From assembly GCA_903859365.1 (NCBI GenBank), contig CAIOMD010000011.1, positions 17,467-81,466 on the forward strand: DNA of 64,000 nt, written 5' to 3'. The notes below the pieces were generated by a model. The model saw nothing but the letters and a program-made list of their open reading frames with translations. It was not told where the DNA came from and did no database searches. The position numbers and the translations under genes were made by a program. Source of the DNA: an uncultured Candidatus Saccharibacteria bacterium. Lineage in GTDB: Bacteria > Patescibacteriota > Saccharimonadia > Saccharimonadales > CAIOMD01. Shown here piece by piece: positions 1-9,052 of this stretch (position 1 is its first letter; each line of letters begins with the position of its first letter).

Positions 1-824
1 TCCTGAGACTTGAAAAGCGGAATGAGGCTATAGATAAAACGTATGAGATAAACGGAAATAAGAAAAAAAGACCCGGCTTTAGTGATATTGTGCCAACAAT
101 TGTATTCGAGCCTGAGCATATGCGCCTGCTTACCGGGTCACCTGAACACAGAAGAGATTTTTTTGATCAGATGCTAGCAGAAACCGAAGCAAACTTTTCC
201 TCCTTAAAGAATCAATACAAAAGAACCCTCGCTCAAAGAAATAGTCTGCTTAAGCAAAATAGCGCTGTCATTAAAAGCCAAATATTTGCCTGGGACGTGC
301 GATTAAGTGAACTTGCTGGTAAGTTAGTAGCTTCGCGCCAAAAGCTCGTCACAAAGCTTAATGAGCAGCTTGAGCATATATATGGCGAGATAGCAGGCAA
401 AGAAAATAAGGTTGTTTTGCAATATGAAACAAAACTACCTATTGCAACCTATGAAACGAGCCTGCTTGCGAAACTTGAACAAAACTTACATAAGGATATT
501 GAGCGCGGCTTTACCACCTACGGGCCACACAGGGATGACTTCCTGGTGTTACTCGATGACCAGCCCGCAGAACACACCGCATCAAGAGGTGAAACAAGAA
601 CACTTGTTTTGAGTCTCAAGATACTCGAGATAAAAATTATTGAAGAGGCGCGACTCCAAAAACCACTCATCTTGCTTGATGATGTTTTTAGTGAACTCGA
701 CGGCGCACGTAGAAAAGCACTCACTAATTATTTAAAGGATTACCAAACAATTATCACTACAACCGACGCTGATCTAATCGTTAAAGAATTTGCTCAGAAA
801 TGTAATATTATTGGTCTCTATTAA
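1..824 (+). CDS. recF: DNA replication/repair protein RecF, 5'-truncated by the window edge
   Basis: Frame is open from position 3. Motifs GSPEHRRDFFD, LAQRNSLLK, GPHRDD, ASRGE and LLDDVFSELD are typical of RecF. Confidence 0.93.
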   Translation, partial: LRLEKRNEAIDKTYEINGNKKKRPGFSDIVPTIVFEPEHMRLLTGSPEHRRDFFDQMLAETEANFSSLKNQYKRTLAQRNSLLKQNSAVIKSQIFAWDVRLSELAGKLVASRQKLVTKLNEQLEHIYGEIAGKENKVVLQYETKLPIATYETSLLAKLEQNLHKDIERGFTTYGPHRDDFLVLLDDQPAEHTASRGETRTLVLSLKILEIKIIEEARLQKPLILLDDVFSELDGARRKALTNYLKDYQTIITTTDADLIVKEFAQKCNIIGLY

Positions 825-1540
825 TACGGATTAACATAAATGCCATTAAATTCTTTTAAGAGATAATTTTCACTAAAGCCGAGTTGGTAACTAGTAGTAT
901 TAAATCCATTTTGATTAAGCCAAGTTATGGCTTGTGTACGGGCATCACTCACGGCGGCTAACCAGCTTGGACTTCCAGGTTCTGCTGTTGGATTATTGGC
1001 TGGTATTTCAAGCGATGTAATTATAATAAGTGCTTTCTTCTGTCCCGTATTAGGAAGTTTATAGGTTATCTGGTAATTATTTGTTATTAAAGGGAGAAGA
1101 TTGAGTAACGGATAGGTATTGTATGTTGTGTCTTGTTTTGAGAGTTCTCGTTTTTTCTCTTCAGGACTTAATTTTGACTGAGTTACGTATTTTGCCGTGA
1201 ATGTAGTATGAATAGTTAGTTTTTTACCTGAAACAGATGTGACATCAGTAATAGATACAGTAATTTTTTTGCCAATAGCTATTGTCTGATTAAGATATAC
1301 AAATATTTGATTCTTAGACACAGCTACATGATCTAGTATAGATGGGCTAATACTAACCTGACTTTTATCGATATTCCGGAGCCCTTCATTAGTTGAAAAC
1401 ACTATCACTTGTTGTGTAGTTGGGATTGATCCTCCCGCAGGGTCGGAACTGGTAACATGAAATGATAAAACATGATATATAAAAATTGACGTCAACACTA
1501 TTAAAACAAATACAAAAAGACCTATTATTTTTTTCCTCAA
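821..1540 (-). CDS. Membrane-anchored surface protein, probable Ig-like beta domain; last gene of the T4SS-like operon
   Basis: N-terminal TM/signal segment followed by a beta-rich Ser/Thr region. TTG start overlaps the stop of the upstream hydrolase gene. Confidence 0.6.
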   Translation of the reverse strand: MRKKIIGLFVFVLIVLTSIFIYHVLSFHVTSSDPAGGSIPTTQQVIVFSTNEGLRNIDKSQVSISPSILDHVAVSKNQIFVYLNQTIAIGKKITVSITDVTSVSGKKLTIHTTFTAKYVTQSKLSPEEKKRELSKQDTTYNTYPLLNLLPLITNNYQITYKLPNTGQKKALIIITSLEIPANNPTAEPGSPSWLAAVSDARTQAITWLNQNGFNTTSYQLGFSENYLLKEFNGIYVNPY

Positions 1541-2817
1541 TTCTTTATCCTCCCGAATCCGATTAATCCTTGATCCCCTGCAATATTTTTAAAACCTTTC
1601 GAGGCTAAAATTTTACTTTGTTCATTACCGCCTATATCGTCAAAAGTATTTCCATTAACCGCAGTCACAATACTTACGTGACCCGGATTGGAAACTGAGC
1701 CATCGGCACCTACCCAAAAAACGACATCTCCGGGTGCAGGTGATTGTGCACCTGCTGCAAAATAAACCTCATTTGCTTTAAAATATTGCTGTAGTTCTGC
1801 GGCTCCAGCATGTAGCCATCCTCCTGCATCTCCTCCGGTGAAAGGAATACCCGCTTGCTTATATACCCAGCTAACAAAACTTGCACACCATGCCTCACAA
1901 ACACCGTTGGTATATTTCAGCATATTCGCATTACAGTCTCCGGCGCTATCATTTCCATAAGGGGCAGGATTAAGTGCCATTTCCTGTTGGGCGATAGAAA
2001 CCACATTAGCTAGTCCTCCTCCACCCGTGCTCGATCCTGAACCACAGCTACTATCTGCTCCGGTGGCTATATATGTTGTTGCAGCGGGTGGAGAGTTGTC
2101 ATAGGTTACTTGGCTTGACGGAGGAAATAGTGGTGGATTTTTTGAAGCTATATAGTTTATGACTCCTTGAGCTACACTCCAGATAGTGTTTACATAATCT
2201 GGCGCTGTGGCGTAACCGGCATTCTCTATTTCAGTTATATATTTGTAAGGATCATGATTAGCGGGAGGTTTTAGCGCATTTGCATATCTCGAATTCTGAG
2301 TAATAAAGAGCCCATAACCCTCGAAACCAGCTTGTGCATTTGGATAAGCTCTAAACGCGGCTTGTATAGTTATCGTCTGGCCATTTACAGATTCCTGAGT
2401 GCTCATCGTTACTGTTGATCCTGTCCAGGATGGGTCGGCCTTAATGCCAAAAAAATTAAAATATTGGCTAGCCAAAGTTGATCGGGCATACCCAGATTCA
2501 ACAATCGCCTGGGCTAGGATAACCTCATAAGGTATGCCGTATTGTTTGCCGATATTGAAAGCAGCCTGCCCATATTTATCTACAAAACTGGCAACATCAT
2601 TTGTGGGCGTTGCGCTTGCCGTATTATTACCAGAACCTGACGAGCTTGAGGAACCTGAAGCACAGCCGTCACTTCCGTCATAATATGGCATACCTTTTAA
2701 TATTGACGTAAGATCATCTTGTGTAACAGCTAAGGCAATAGGACTTACTAAATTAATTAAAAACAAAGATACAAAAAGAAATAAAAATATTTTCATAAAA
2801 TTTATTTTTATTTTCAT
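1537..2817 (-). CDS. Secreted two-domain peptidoglycan hydrolase (GH73 glucosaminidase/FlgJ-like + CHAP), VirB1-like role
   Basis: Signal peptide; GH73 motifs AQAIVESG, NFFGIKA, FRAY, GYATAPDY; CHAP motifs WCASFVSWV, GHVSIV, GGN; Ser/Gly linkers. Confidence 0.88.
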   Translation of the reverse strand: MKIKINFMKIFLFLFVSLFLINLVSPIALAVTQDDLTSILKGMPYYDGSDGCASGSSSSSGSGNNTASATPTNDVASFVDKYGQAAFNIGKQYGIPYEVILAQAIVESGYARSTLASQYFNFFGIKADPSWTGSTVTMSTQESVNGQTITIQAAFRAYPNAQAGFEGYGLFITQNSRYANALKPPANHDPYKYITEIENAGYATAPDYVNTIWSVAQGVINYIASKNPPLFPPSSQVTYDNSPPAATTYIATGADSSCGSGSSTGGGGLANVVSIAQQEMALNPAPYGNDSAGDCNANMLKYTNGVCEAWCASFVSWVYKQAGIPFTGGDAGGWLHAGAAELQQYFKANEVYFAAGAQSPAPGDVVFWVGADGSVSNPGHVSIVTAVNGNTFDDIGGNEQSKILASKGFKNIAGDQGLIGFGRIKN

Positions 2818-5249
2818 TACTTCACCGGGCTCAATCCTTGAATTGATATATTTTGATCAAGAACTGCTTGACGTTTCTGGTCTAATCTCCAACGCAATAC
2901 CATTGAACCATATTGGGGATTATTTGGCCCTAGGGCGTCAGGAGAGCACGCACCTTCAGAGCCTTTATCATTACCGCCAACAACATCACCACTGCTATTT
3001 CGAAGAATAAAGCCACCAGAAAGTAGTGTCCCCATAGTATCTGTAAAACAATGACCGTACTTAGATTGAATTTGATCAACCTCAACTTGATTATCACTTA
3101 GAATTTGAGCATTTTCGAGAATATTATAGGAAGGATCTGAGTTTATAAGATTATTTTCTTCATCAGACCATCCCCATTGCACAATTCCATAATGTTGACC
3201 AACAGAAGTATCGCTAGCTGCAAATGTTTTGGGGCTTATTATTGAAATAATATTACTTAAGCAAGTGCCGAAAGACTGTAGTGCGTGTGTTATAAAATGA
3301 CCAGGTTCAACGATTGCAGTATATCGAAGTTGATTTGTGAATATAGATATTGCTGACCTGTTGTCAGAAAGTGCAAAATATTTTTCAGCAATAGGTTTCT
3401 GAGCTTCTTGTTTATTTAGATACTCCAGGGCGACCTGGTCATGGGTGGCGACATTCTTGTCAGATAATGGTGCTCCGTACATCATTTTCTGTTCTAAGCC
3501 GTTGTTGTTTATGTCCCCGCCCATATCTGCAATATTTCTAAATCCTGGACCGCTAGTAGTTCCACCATCATTCAATTGACCAACTTGTGAAAGTATGAAT
3601 AGTTTCGCTACTATTGTTAAGCCTTCAATTGCAACGAATTGTCTTCCAAATTTTGCAACAAAAGTTCCGGCCCCCTGAAGACCTTCTTTCATAGCTAGAG
3701 CAAACGCCTCTTTGGAAGCAAATGATTCGGTAAAATTCGCAAAAAGATCTTTAACGGCTGTGGATATTGCCAGCTTAAGCGCTGCAACAGTGCCTTCTTC
3801 GCCCGCAGACACTGCTCCATCGCTGAAAGCATCGCCAACCAAACTGGCTGCTGTAATAAAGACACCTAAACCAATTGCTACAGCAGTATTTGTAAAGACG
3901 CTACAGACCTTATTAACACTATTGCTAACAGTATTTACAACGGCATTGTTTCCTCCAAAAAAAGCACCAAATAAAGTGTATTCACCGGTTAGGCTGGCTT
4001 GGGGGCTTTTTTCTGTTGTAGTGTTTGGTGTTTGACCCCGGCTATATTGATCGGGAATGGAATCTCCGGAACCAAGCTTATTATTGAAAGCACCAGCTGC
4101 TTCAGCTGTTGTCTTGCCACTTTTTTGTTGATCCGCCGCTGACTGCACGGCATAAAAAGATTTTAAAGCACTCGTTGACTGTGAATCAATTGCGGGTCCC
4201 TGGTTTACTATTGAACCAGCATAAATTAAGCAAAAAGGTACAGCAATCGCATAAATAGGATCAGCGAAACCGATCGCACTTTTTATAAAACTCGTACCTG
4301 CATCCTTTTCAAGAGCAGATGCCACGCTTGCAGGCAATTCATTGGTTTTTGCAATTTCATCTAAACAAGAATTTGTTTTCAAGCATTCTTCTTCCGCTGC
4401 AGTAACATCACCTGTATCTGTTCCAGTAGCGGTTGGGCTAGGTGTGGGAGTTTCAGAAATTCTGGATACGGAATCTCTAATTTCTTGTATATCGGCTTCA
4501 TCTGCGTTTAAGCCCTTGAATTTAGCTCCAGCCTCTTCCCACCAGTACAATTTTATTCCTGCAGCCTCTCTAATTTGAGATGCCACTGAGCTCCTCACAA
4601 GAGAATTCGAGGATTCTAAGCCTCCGTCAACTGCTCCTCGAATGTTAGCAGCAAAATTAACTCTTTCTGTATATGCTTGAAATGGATGCAATAGTCTGTT
4701 GGTTTCAGGAATATCTATATTTTTTCCATATAACTCAAGGGAAGTAATTCTTGATCTTGTGGCGCCAAAAACAGGAAATTCAGTTTCATTAAAAACTACA
4801 TCTCCGTTCGCACTGAGGTTTCTATAAAGTAAAGAAGGCCTGTATTTGTCGAATTTACCCCATGTTGCGGTTCTCATGCCTGAATATTTTTCATATACAT
4901 TTTGGTACCAATCGCTATCTTTAACGATCCCAGATAGGCTAACCTTTTCTGCATCTATTTCAGCTGAAGTGCTTGCATAATCAAGCGCAGAACTTGCCAT
5001 TCTATATGCAGCGATATTCGCTGCATAATTAGGAATTTTTAATAAAGACATTAACATTAGAATAACCAATATTAACAAAAGACCGACAAGTGCGGGTGCT
5101 ATTATTTTTTTGAGTAGTTTTTTCTGTGATTTCTTTTTTGTGCTTCCGGAACTACGGTAAAAACTTTGGGTTTGCTGTGGAGCAGAAGAGACCTCGGTAT
5201 CTACAGAATCCGCGGAAGAGCTTGTTTCATCACTCACATCATTCGCCAT
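2817..5249 (-). CDS. Large membrane protein of unknown function, T4SS-locus associated
   Basis: 810 aa with an N-terminal TM after a basic stretch and internal Ala/Gly-rich hydrophobic segments. Its stop overlaps the hydrolase ATG. Confidence 0.7.
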   Translation of the reverse strand: MANDVSDETSSSADSVDTEVSSAPQQTQSFYRSSGSTKKKSQKKLLKKIIAPALVGLLLILVILMLMSLLKIPNYAANIAAYRMASSALDYASTSAEIDAEKVSLSGIVKDSDWYQNVYEKYSGMRTATWGKFDKYRPSLLYRNLSANGDVVFNETEFPVFGATRSRITSLELYGKNIDIPETNRLLHPFQAYTERVNFAANIRGAVDGGLESSNSLVRSSVASQIREAAGIKLYWWEEAGAKFKGLNADEADIQEIRDSVSRISETPTPSPTATGTDTGDVTAAEEECLKTNSCLDEIAKTNELPASVASALEKDAGTSFIKSAIGFADPIYAIAVPFCLIYAGSIVNQGPAIDSQSTSALKSFYAVQSAADQQKSGKTTAEAAGAFNNKLGSGDSIPDQYSRGQTPNTTTEKSPQASLTGEYTLFGAFFGGNNAVVNTVSNSVNKVCSVFTNTAVAIGLGVFITAASLVGDAFSDGAVSAGEEGTVAALKLAISTAVKDLFANFTESFASKEAFALAMKEGLQGAGTFVAKFGRQFVAIEGLTIVAKLFILSQVGQLNDGGTTSGPGFRNIADMGGDINNNGLEQKMMYGAPLSDKNVATHDQVALEYLNKQEAQKPIAEKYFALSDNRSAISIFTNQLRYTAIVEPGHFITHALQSFGTCLSNIISIISPKTFAASDTSVGQHYGIVQWGWSDEENNLINSDPSYNILENAQILSDNQVEVDQIQSKYGHCFTDTMGTLLSGGFILRNSSGDVVGGNDKGSEGACSPDALGPNNPQYGSMVLRWRLDQKRQAVLDQNISIQGLSPVK

Positions 5250-5332
5250 GTTGAATATTTACCCCTAAGTTTTTAAACTATACTCTAATTATAACTTATG
5301 CTTAATTAATTAGGCTGTTATTTTTATCTTTT

Positions 5333-7228
5333 TTAGAACGTTCCTGAGGAGGGCTGATTTAAAGGAATTTGACCCTGCTGTTCGATTGCTTTCACTTCTG
5401 TGGGGTTGGTTGTTATGAGCTGAGTCTCACTTGGGCTGGCAATAACCTGAATGTGCACATGATTTTGTCCTGCAAAGAATAGACCTTGCCCCACTGGGAA
5501 TTGACTAAGACGCTTCTTCTCTTCGCTAGTCAGTTTGAAGACGTCAGCAAGCTTGTCGATCGCACTAGGACTTTGTTTTAGTAGAAGCTGCATCGATGCG
5601 TTAGCGACAATCGCTCGACCCATCCTAGACTCTATGAAGTCTTCAACATCCTGAGAGATCGTGGTAATACCGAGTGCATACTTTCGAGCACGCTTTGCGA
5701 GGCTAAAAATGAAACTGGCACTGTCTTCGTATTTCATGAATTGCCACGCTTCATCAATAACGAGGATTCTTTTTCTCTTATCAACCTTGGTCTTATTCCA
5801 TATAAAGTTAAGAACAATATACATAGCAACGGGCCGCAGCTCATCTTCCAGGTCACGAATATTAAATACAGCAAAAGGGTTGTTGATATCTATGTTACTT
5901 TGTTGACTAAAAATACCTGCAAAAGTACCGGTAGTATATTTACGAAGACGTTGAGCAAGTTGCGGGCCTGTACCACCAGCGTGTAGTAGTGTCTCATAAA
6001 GATCTGCGATCGTAGGAGGGGTGGACATATGAGTAAGCGGATCATTGGTGATCCCAGCCTTAGCATATGTTTCTATTAAAGCAGCGTCAAGATCGGCTTC
6101 CTCGACGGGAGAGAGTGCTGGAGCAACTTGCGCATTAGATCCCAGCATCTGGGACTGTGCCCCGCCCATCATAAGACGTAGTAGACCATGCAGAGTAATA
6201 AGATTGCTCCTCAGTGCATTATCTGCCTCTTCGGCATCAATAACTTTCGGAAGTTCAAATGGATTAATTCGTGTTGGGGAACCAAGCGATAGCTTAACGT
6301 AGGCCCCACCCACGGCTTCGGCCATCCGTTGATATTCATTTTCTGGATCCAGCACGAAAACTTCTACGCCCATCATCAGGCTTCTTAAAATCTCAAGTTT
6401 AACTGCAAAGCTTTTACCTGCTCCAGATTTAGCGAACACGACGCTATTGCCGTTTTCCAAGCTAAATCTATCAAAAATAACCAGGCCACTATTATGCATA
6501 TTAATACCGTATAAAATGCCATGGTCATCAGTTAGATCTGCACTCGTAAACGGAAAGGTTGTACTAAGCGCTCCAGTATTTACGTTTCGGCGAATCTGCA
6601 ACTGATCAACAAACTGAGGAAGTACACTATTAAGGCCTTGTTCTTGTTGGGCAGAAGCAGGTTTTGAATACACAAGTTGTTGGCCAAGCATCGACTCCAC
6701 TTTGTGGGTTACAAATTCAAGCTCATCCATAGAGTTGCCATAGATAGTGAAGTAAAATCCAAGCCTAAAGAAGCGCTCTTCCCCGACCTGCAGCTTATCT
6801 CGCATCTCTTCAGCGTCCATTACGGCAGCCTCTTTACCCGGATCTCTAACTTTACCCTTTTCGGCATCAATTTGAATGCCAGCTTCTAGCTGACCTACTT
6901 TTTTCCGCAGGTTTTCAAGCACTACTTGGCTCTCGACAGGGTAGACGTAGAGCGTCATATCCATTACTTCGTCAAGATTTATCATGCCACTAAGCCAACC
7001 GGTATAGATTTGGCGAGGATACCCGTATACATAAAATGTTCGAGCAAACCTTGTACCTATTTGAAAATAGCTACTTGAAAACTCCAAAGAACTTGGAGCT
7101 ATAAAATCTCTGAGTGCTGTAATTCCCTTTTGGAACGCAGACTGAGTCTCTTGTTGTTCTAAGATTCTTTGTTGTTCAGCCAGCGCAACAGGATCTAGTG
7201 GTGCTTGTTTCTTTTTCCCAAATGCCAT
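5333..7228 (-). CDS. virB4: VirB4/TraE-like type IV secretion ATPase
   Basis: Walker A AKSGAGKS, DPENEY, RINPF, Walker B LVIDEAW, KRARKY, TISQDVED. Confidence 0.9.
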   Translation of the reverse strand: MAFGKKKQAPLDPVALAEQQRILEQQETQSAFQKGITALRDFIAPSSLEFSSSYFQIGTRFARTFYVYGYPRQIYTGWLSGMINLDEVMDMTLYVYPVESQVVLENLRKKVGQLEAGIQIDAEKGKVRDPGKEAAVMDAEEMRDKLQVGEERFFRLGFYFTIYGNSMDELEFVTHKVESMLGQQLVYSKPASAQQEQGLNSVLPQFVDQLQIRRNVNTGALSTTFPFTSADLTDDHGILYGINMHNSGLVIFDRFSLENGNSVVFAKSGAGKSFAVKLEILRSLMMGVEVFVLDPENEYQRMAEAVGGAYVKLSLGSPTRINPFELPKVIDAEEADNALRSNLITLHGLLRLMMGGAQSQMLGSNAQVAPALSPVEEADLDAALIETYAKAGITNDPLTHMSTPPTIADLYETLLHAGGTGPQLAQRLRKYTTGTFAGIFSQQSNIDINNPFAVFNIRDLEDELRPVAMYIVLNFIWNKTKVDKRKRILVIDEAWQFMKYEDSASFIFSLAKRARKYALGITTISQDVEDFIESRMGRAIVANASMQLLLKQSPSAIDKLADVFKLTSEEKKRLSQFPVGQGLFFAGQNHVHIQVIASPSETQLITTNPTEVKAIEQQGQIPLNQPSSGTF

Positions 7229-7244
7229 TATTTTATAGCTCCTG

Positions 7245-8057
7245 TCATGATGGTAATTCCCTTGCCATATTTGGTTGTGGTGCTTGTCCGACTCCTTGGG
7301 TTACGACAGGTACAGATAAATCAGAAAAGTTCTTTAATTGTTGTCTAGTCGCCGTATCAGGGTTGTAGGCGTCATAATAGAGCTCAATAAGCTCCTGCGT
7401 ATCCAATGGTAGCCCTTGGACACCCGCTTGCATAAGGCCGTTTAGTGCTGCTTGAACTCTATTCCTGAGCTCAGTTTTTGCATTTTCTAGAGTACCTTCG
7501 TCAATCGTGATAACCTGCTCTTTCTTGCCAAAAATACCAGTAAAAAGATTCTTGCTTTCTTGAACTGCTTTTTGTGCATCAGGAACAGGAAAGTACGGAA
7601 TACAGATATAGAATTTTTTATCCATGATATTTGTCTGTGCAGCCAGATTATCCATAAAGTTTATATAATCATCCATGAGTAGTGCCAAAAGCATATTATC
7701 GTGCTCCCCGCGAATCTTCTCTAGCTTATCTAAATAAGGCCCAAGGTCTACCTTCTGGGATCGAATAAAGATTTGTATAGGAAAGTACAGTGAGTTAAGA
7801 AACCCTTGATAGGCGAACTCAACTCCTTCTCGCTCTTGAGGGCTCATAAGGTCAAAATTAATACTTTTGAGCATTAAAACGCTTCTAAATGAACCGTCAT
7901 TCATGATAACCACGCCATCACGGATTTCGTTTATCTGTAGGCTATTTTGGCTGCTATTTTTTCCCGCCTTGGAGACAGGTTTATTTACGCCATTAGCAGG
8001 TACCCCATTCGTACCTTGGCCAGCTGTTGTATTAGTTCTTTGCGGATTCATTGTCAT
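7245..8057 (-). CDS. Stand-alone protein resembling the N-terminal domain of VirB4/TraE-type ATPases
   Basis: SINFDLMSPQEREGVEFAYQGFLNSLYFPIQIFIRS resembles the N-terminus of Gram-positive VirB4 homologues. It lies directly upstream of the virB4-like gene. Confidence 0.65.
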   Translation of the reverse strand: MTMNPQRTNTTAGQGTNGVPANGVNKPVSKAGKNSSQNSLQINEIRDGVVIMNDGSFRSVLMLKSINFDLMSPQEREGVEFAYQGFLNSLYFPIQIFIRSQKVDLGPYLDKLEKIRGEHDNMLLALLMDDYINFMDNLAAQTNIMDKKFYICIPYFPVPDAQKAVQESKNLFTGIFGKKEQVITIDEGTLENAKTELRNRVQAALNGLMQAGVQGLPLDTQELIELYYDAYNPDTATRQQLKNFSDLSVPVVTQGVGQAPQPNMARELPS

Positions 8058-8092
8058 GCCTATATCTTTTTATTGAATAAAAATATTCCACC

Positions 8093-9046
8093 CTAACGAA
8101 GATTAATCACCACGTCACCGTTCGCTTCAGTTAGTTGCGAGGAAGGTACCTCGTGAGTAACAATTTTTTTGGTGTTTACCTCGTTAACTATAGCAGGCTT
8201 GGATTCGGCTGTCATCGGCTGATGTGCTATTTTTACAAACGAAGGAGGATCCGCTATCGGGCTTACTGATTTATGGTGCGCATGACTCAGTTCTCTGTTT
8301 ACTTCGTCATTTTTCATCTTCTTCTCAAGAATAGTGGCTATCATTTCTTTTTCAGCCATATCTTCTTTCGGCTCGCTTACACGTGTTTCGTTACGCAATC
8401 GATTCATCTTCTCCATAAGTGCATCACGCTGCGCTTTTTCTGCCGCTGCAACCATGTTCGAGAAGTTTTGAGCAACATGGTTGCTATTTTCGTCTAGGAT
8501 GTCGTCTGACGGGCTTACATCTACCGCCTGCATCGTTTGGGGTAAGTTGGATGTGCTTACAAGACGGTCGGCACTTTCATTGATGTAATCCGGCTCAAAC
8601 GCGATATTGACATCAGCATTCTTAATGGCCCAGCCACGACTATCCAGCGTATCAGCGAGGACCTTTAATCTACTTCTCACCTGATCCTGGTTAAGTCCGT
8701 CTGTATAAATTTTTTCTAACTTTTTAGGTACTGTAATATTAACCAGATTCTTGATTTCTGACTGAAGCCAAACTCGTTTATGAGGTTTTAGGAAAAATCT
8801 AATTCTTGCAGCCAACCAAACATCTGTAGATTGGTAGCCCCCAATGGGTGCCGCCAGTATCCCAAATATTGCGACAAAAGGAAGTACAGGTATAACGGCA
8901 AAAAGCTGACCGGTCTTAGAGGCGAGTATGTAGCCCAGAAAGGCGAAACCGACAGCGACCAGTGCAAAGATAAACTGTTTAAGCGAAAGTGGCCCAAACA
9001 ACTTATCTTCTGCTTCAATATCTTGTATTACTTTATAGGTTGCCAT
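8093..9046 (-). CDS. PrgI-family (VirB3-like) membrane protein with long C-terminal extension
   Basis: YKVIQDIEAEDKLFGPLSLKQFIF, two TM helices and FFLKPHKRVW are the PrgI pattern. Confidence 0.8.
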   Translation of the reverse strand: MATYKVIQDIEAEDKLFGPLSLKQFIFALVAVGFAFLGYILASKTGQLFAVIPVLPFVAIFGILAAPIGGYQSTDVWLAARIRFFLKPHKRVWLQSEIKNLVNITVPKKLEKIYTDGLNQDQVRSRLKVLADTLDSRGWAIKNADVNIAFEPDYINESADRLVSTSNLPQTMQAVDVSPSDDILDENSNHVAQNFSNMVAAAEKAQRDALMEKMNRLRNETRVSEPKEDMAEKEMIATILEKKMKNDEVNRELSHAHHKSVSPIADPPSFVKIAHQPMTAESKPAIVNEVNTKKIVTHEVPSSQLTEANGDVVINLR

Positions 9047-9052
9047 ATTTTA

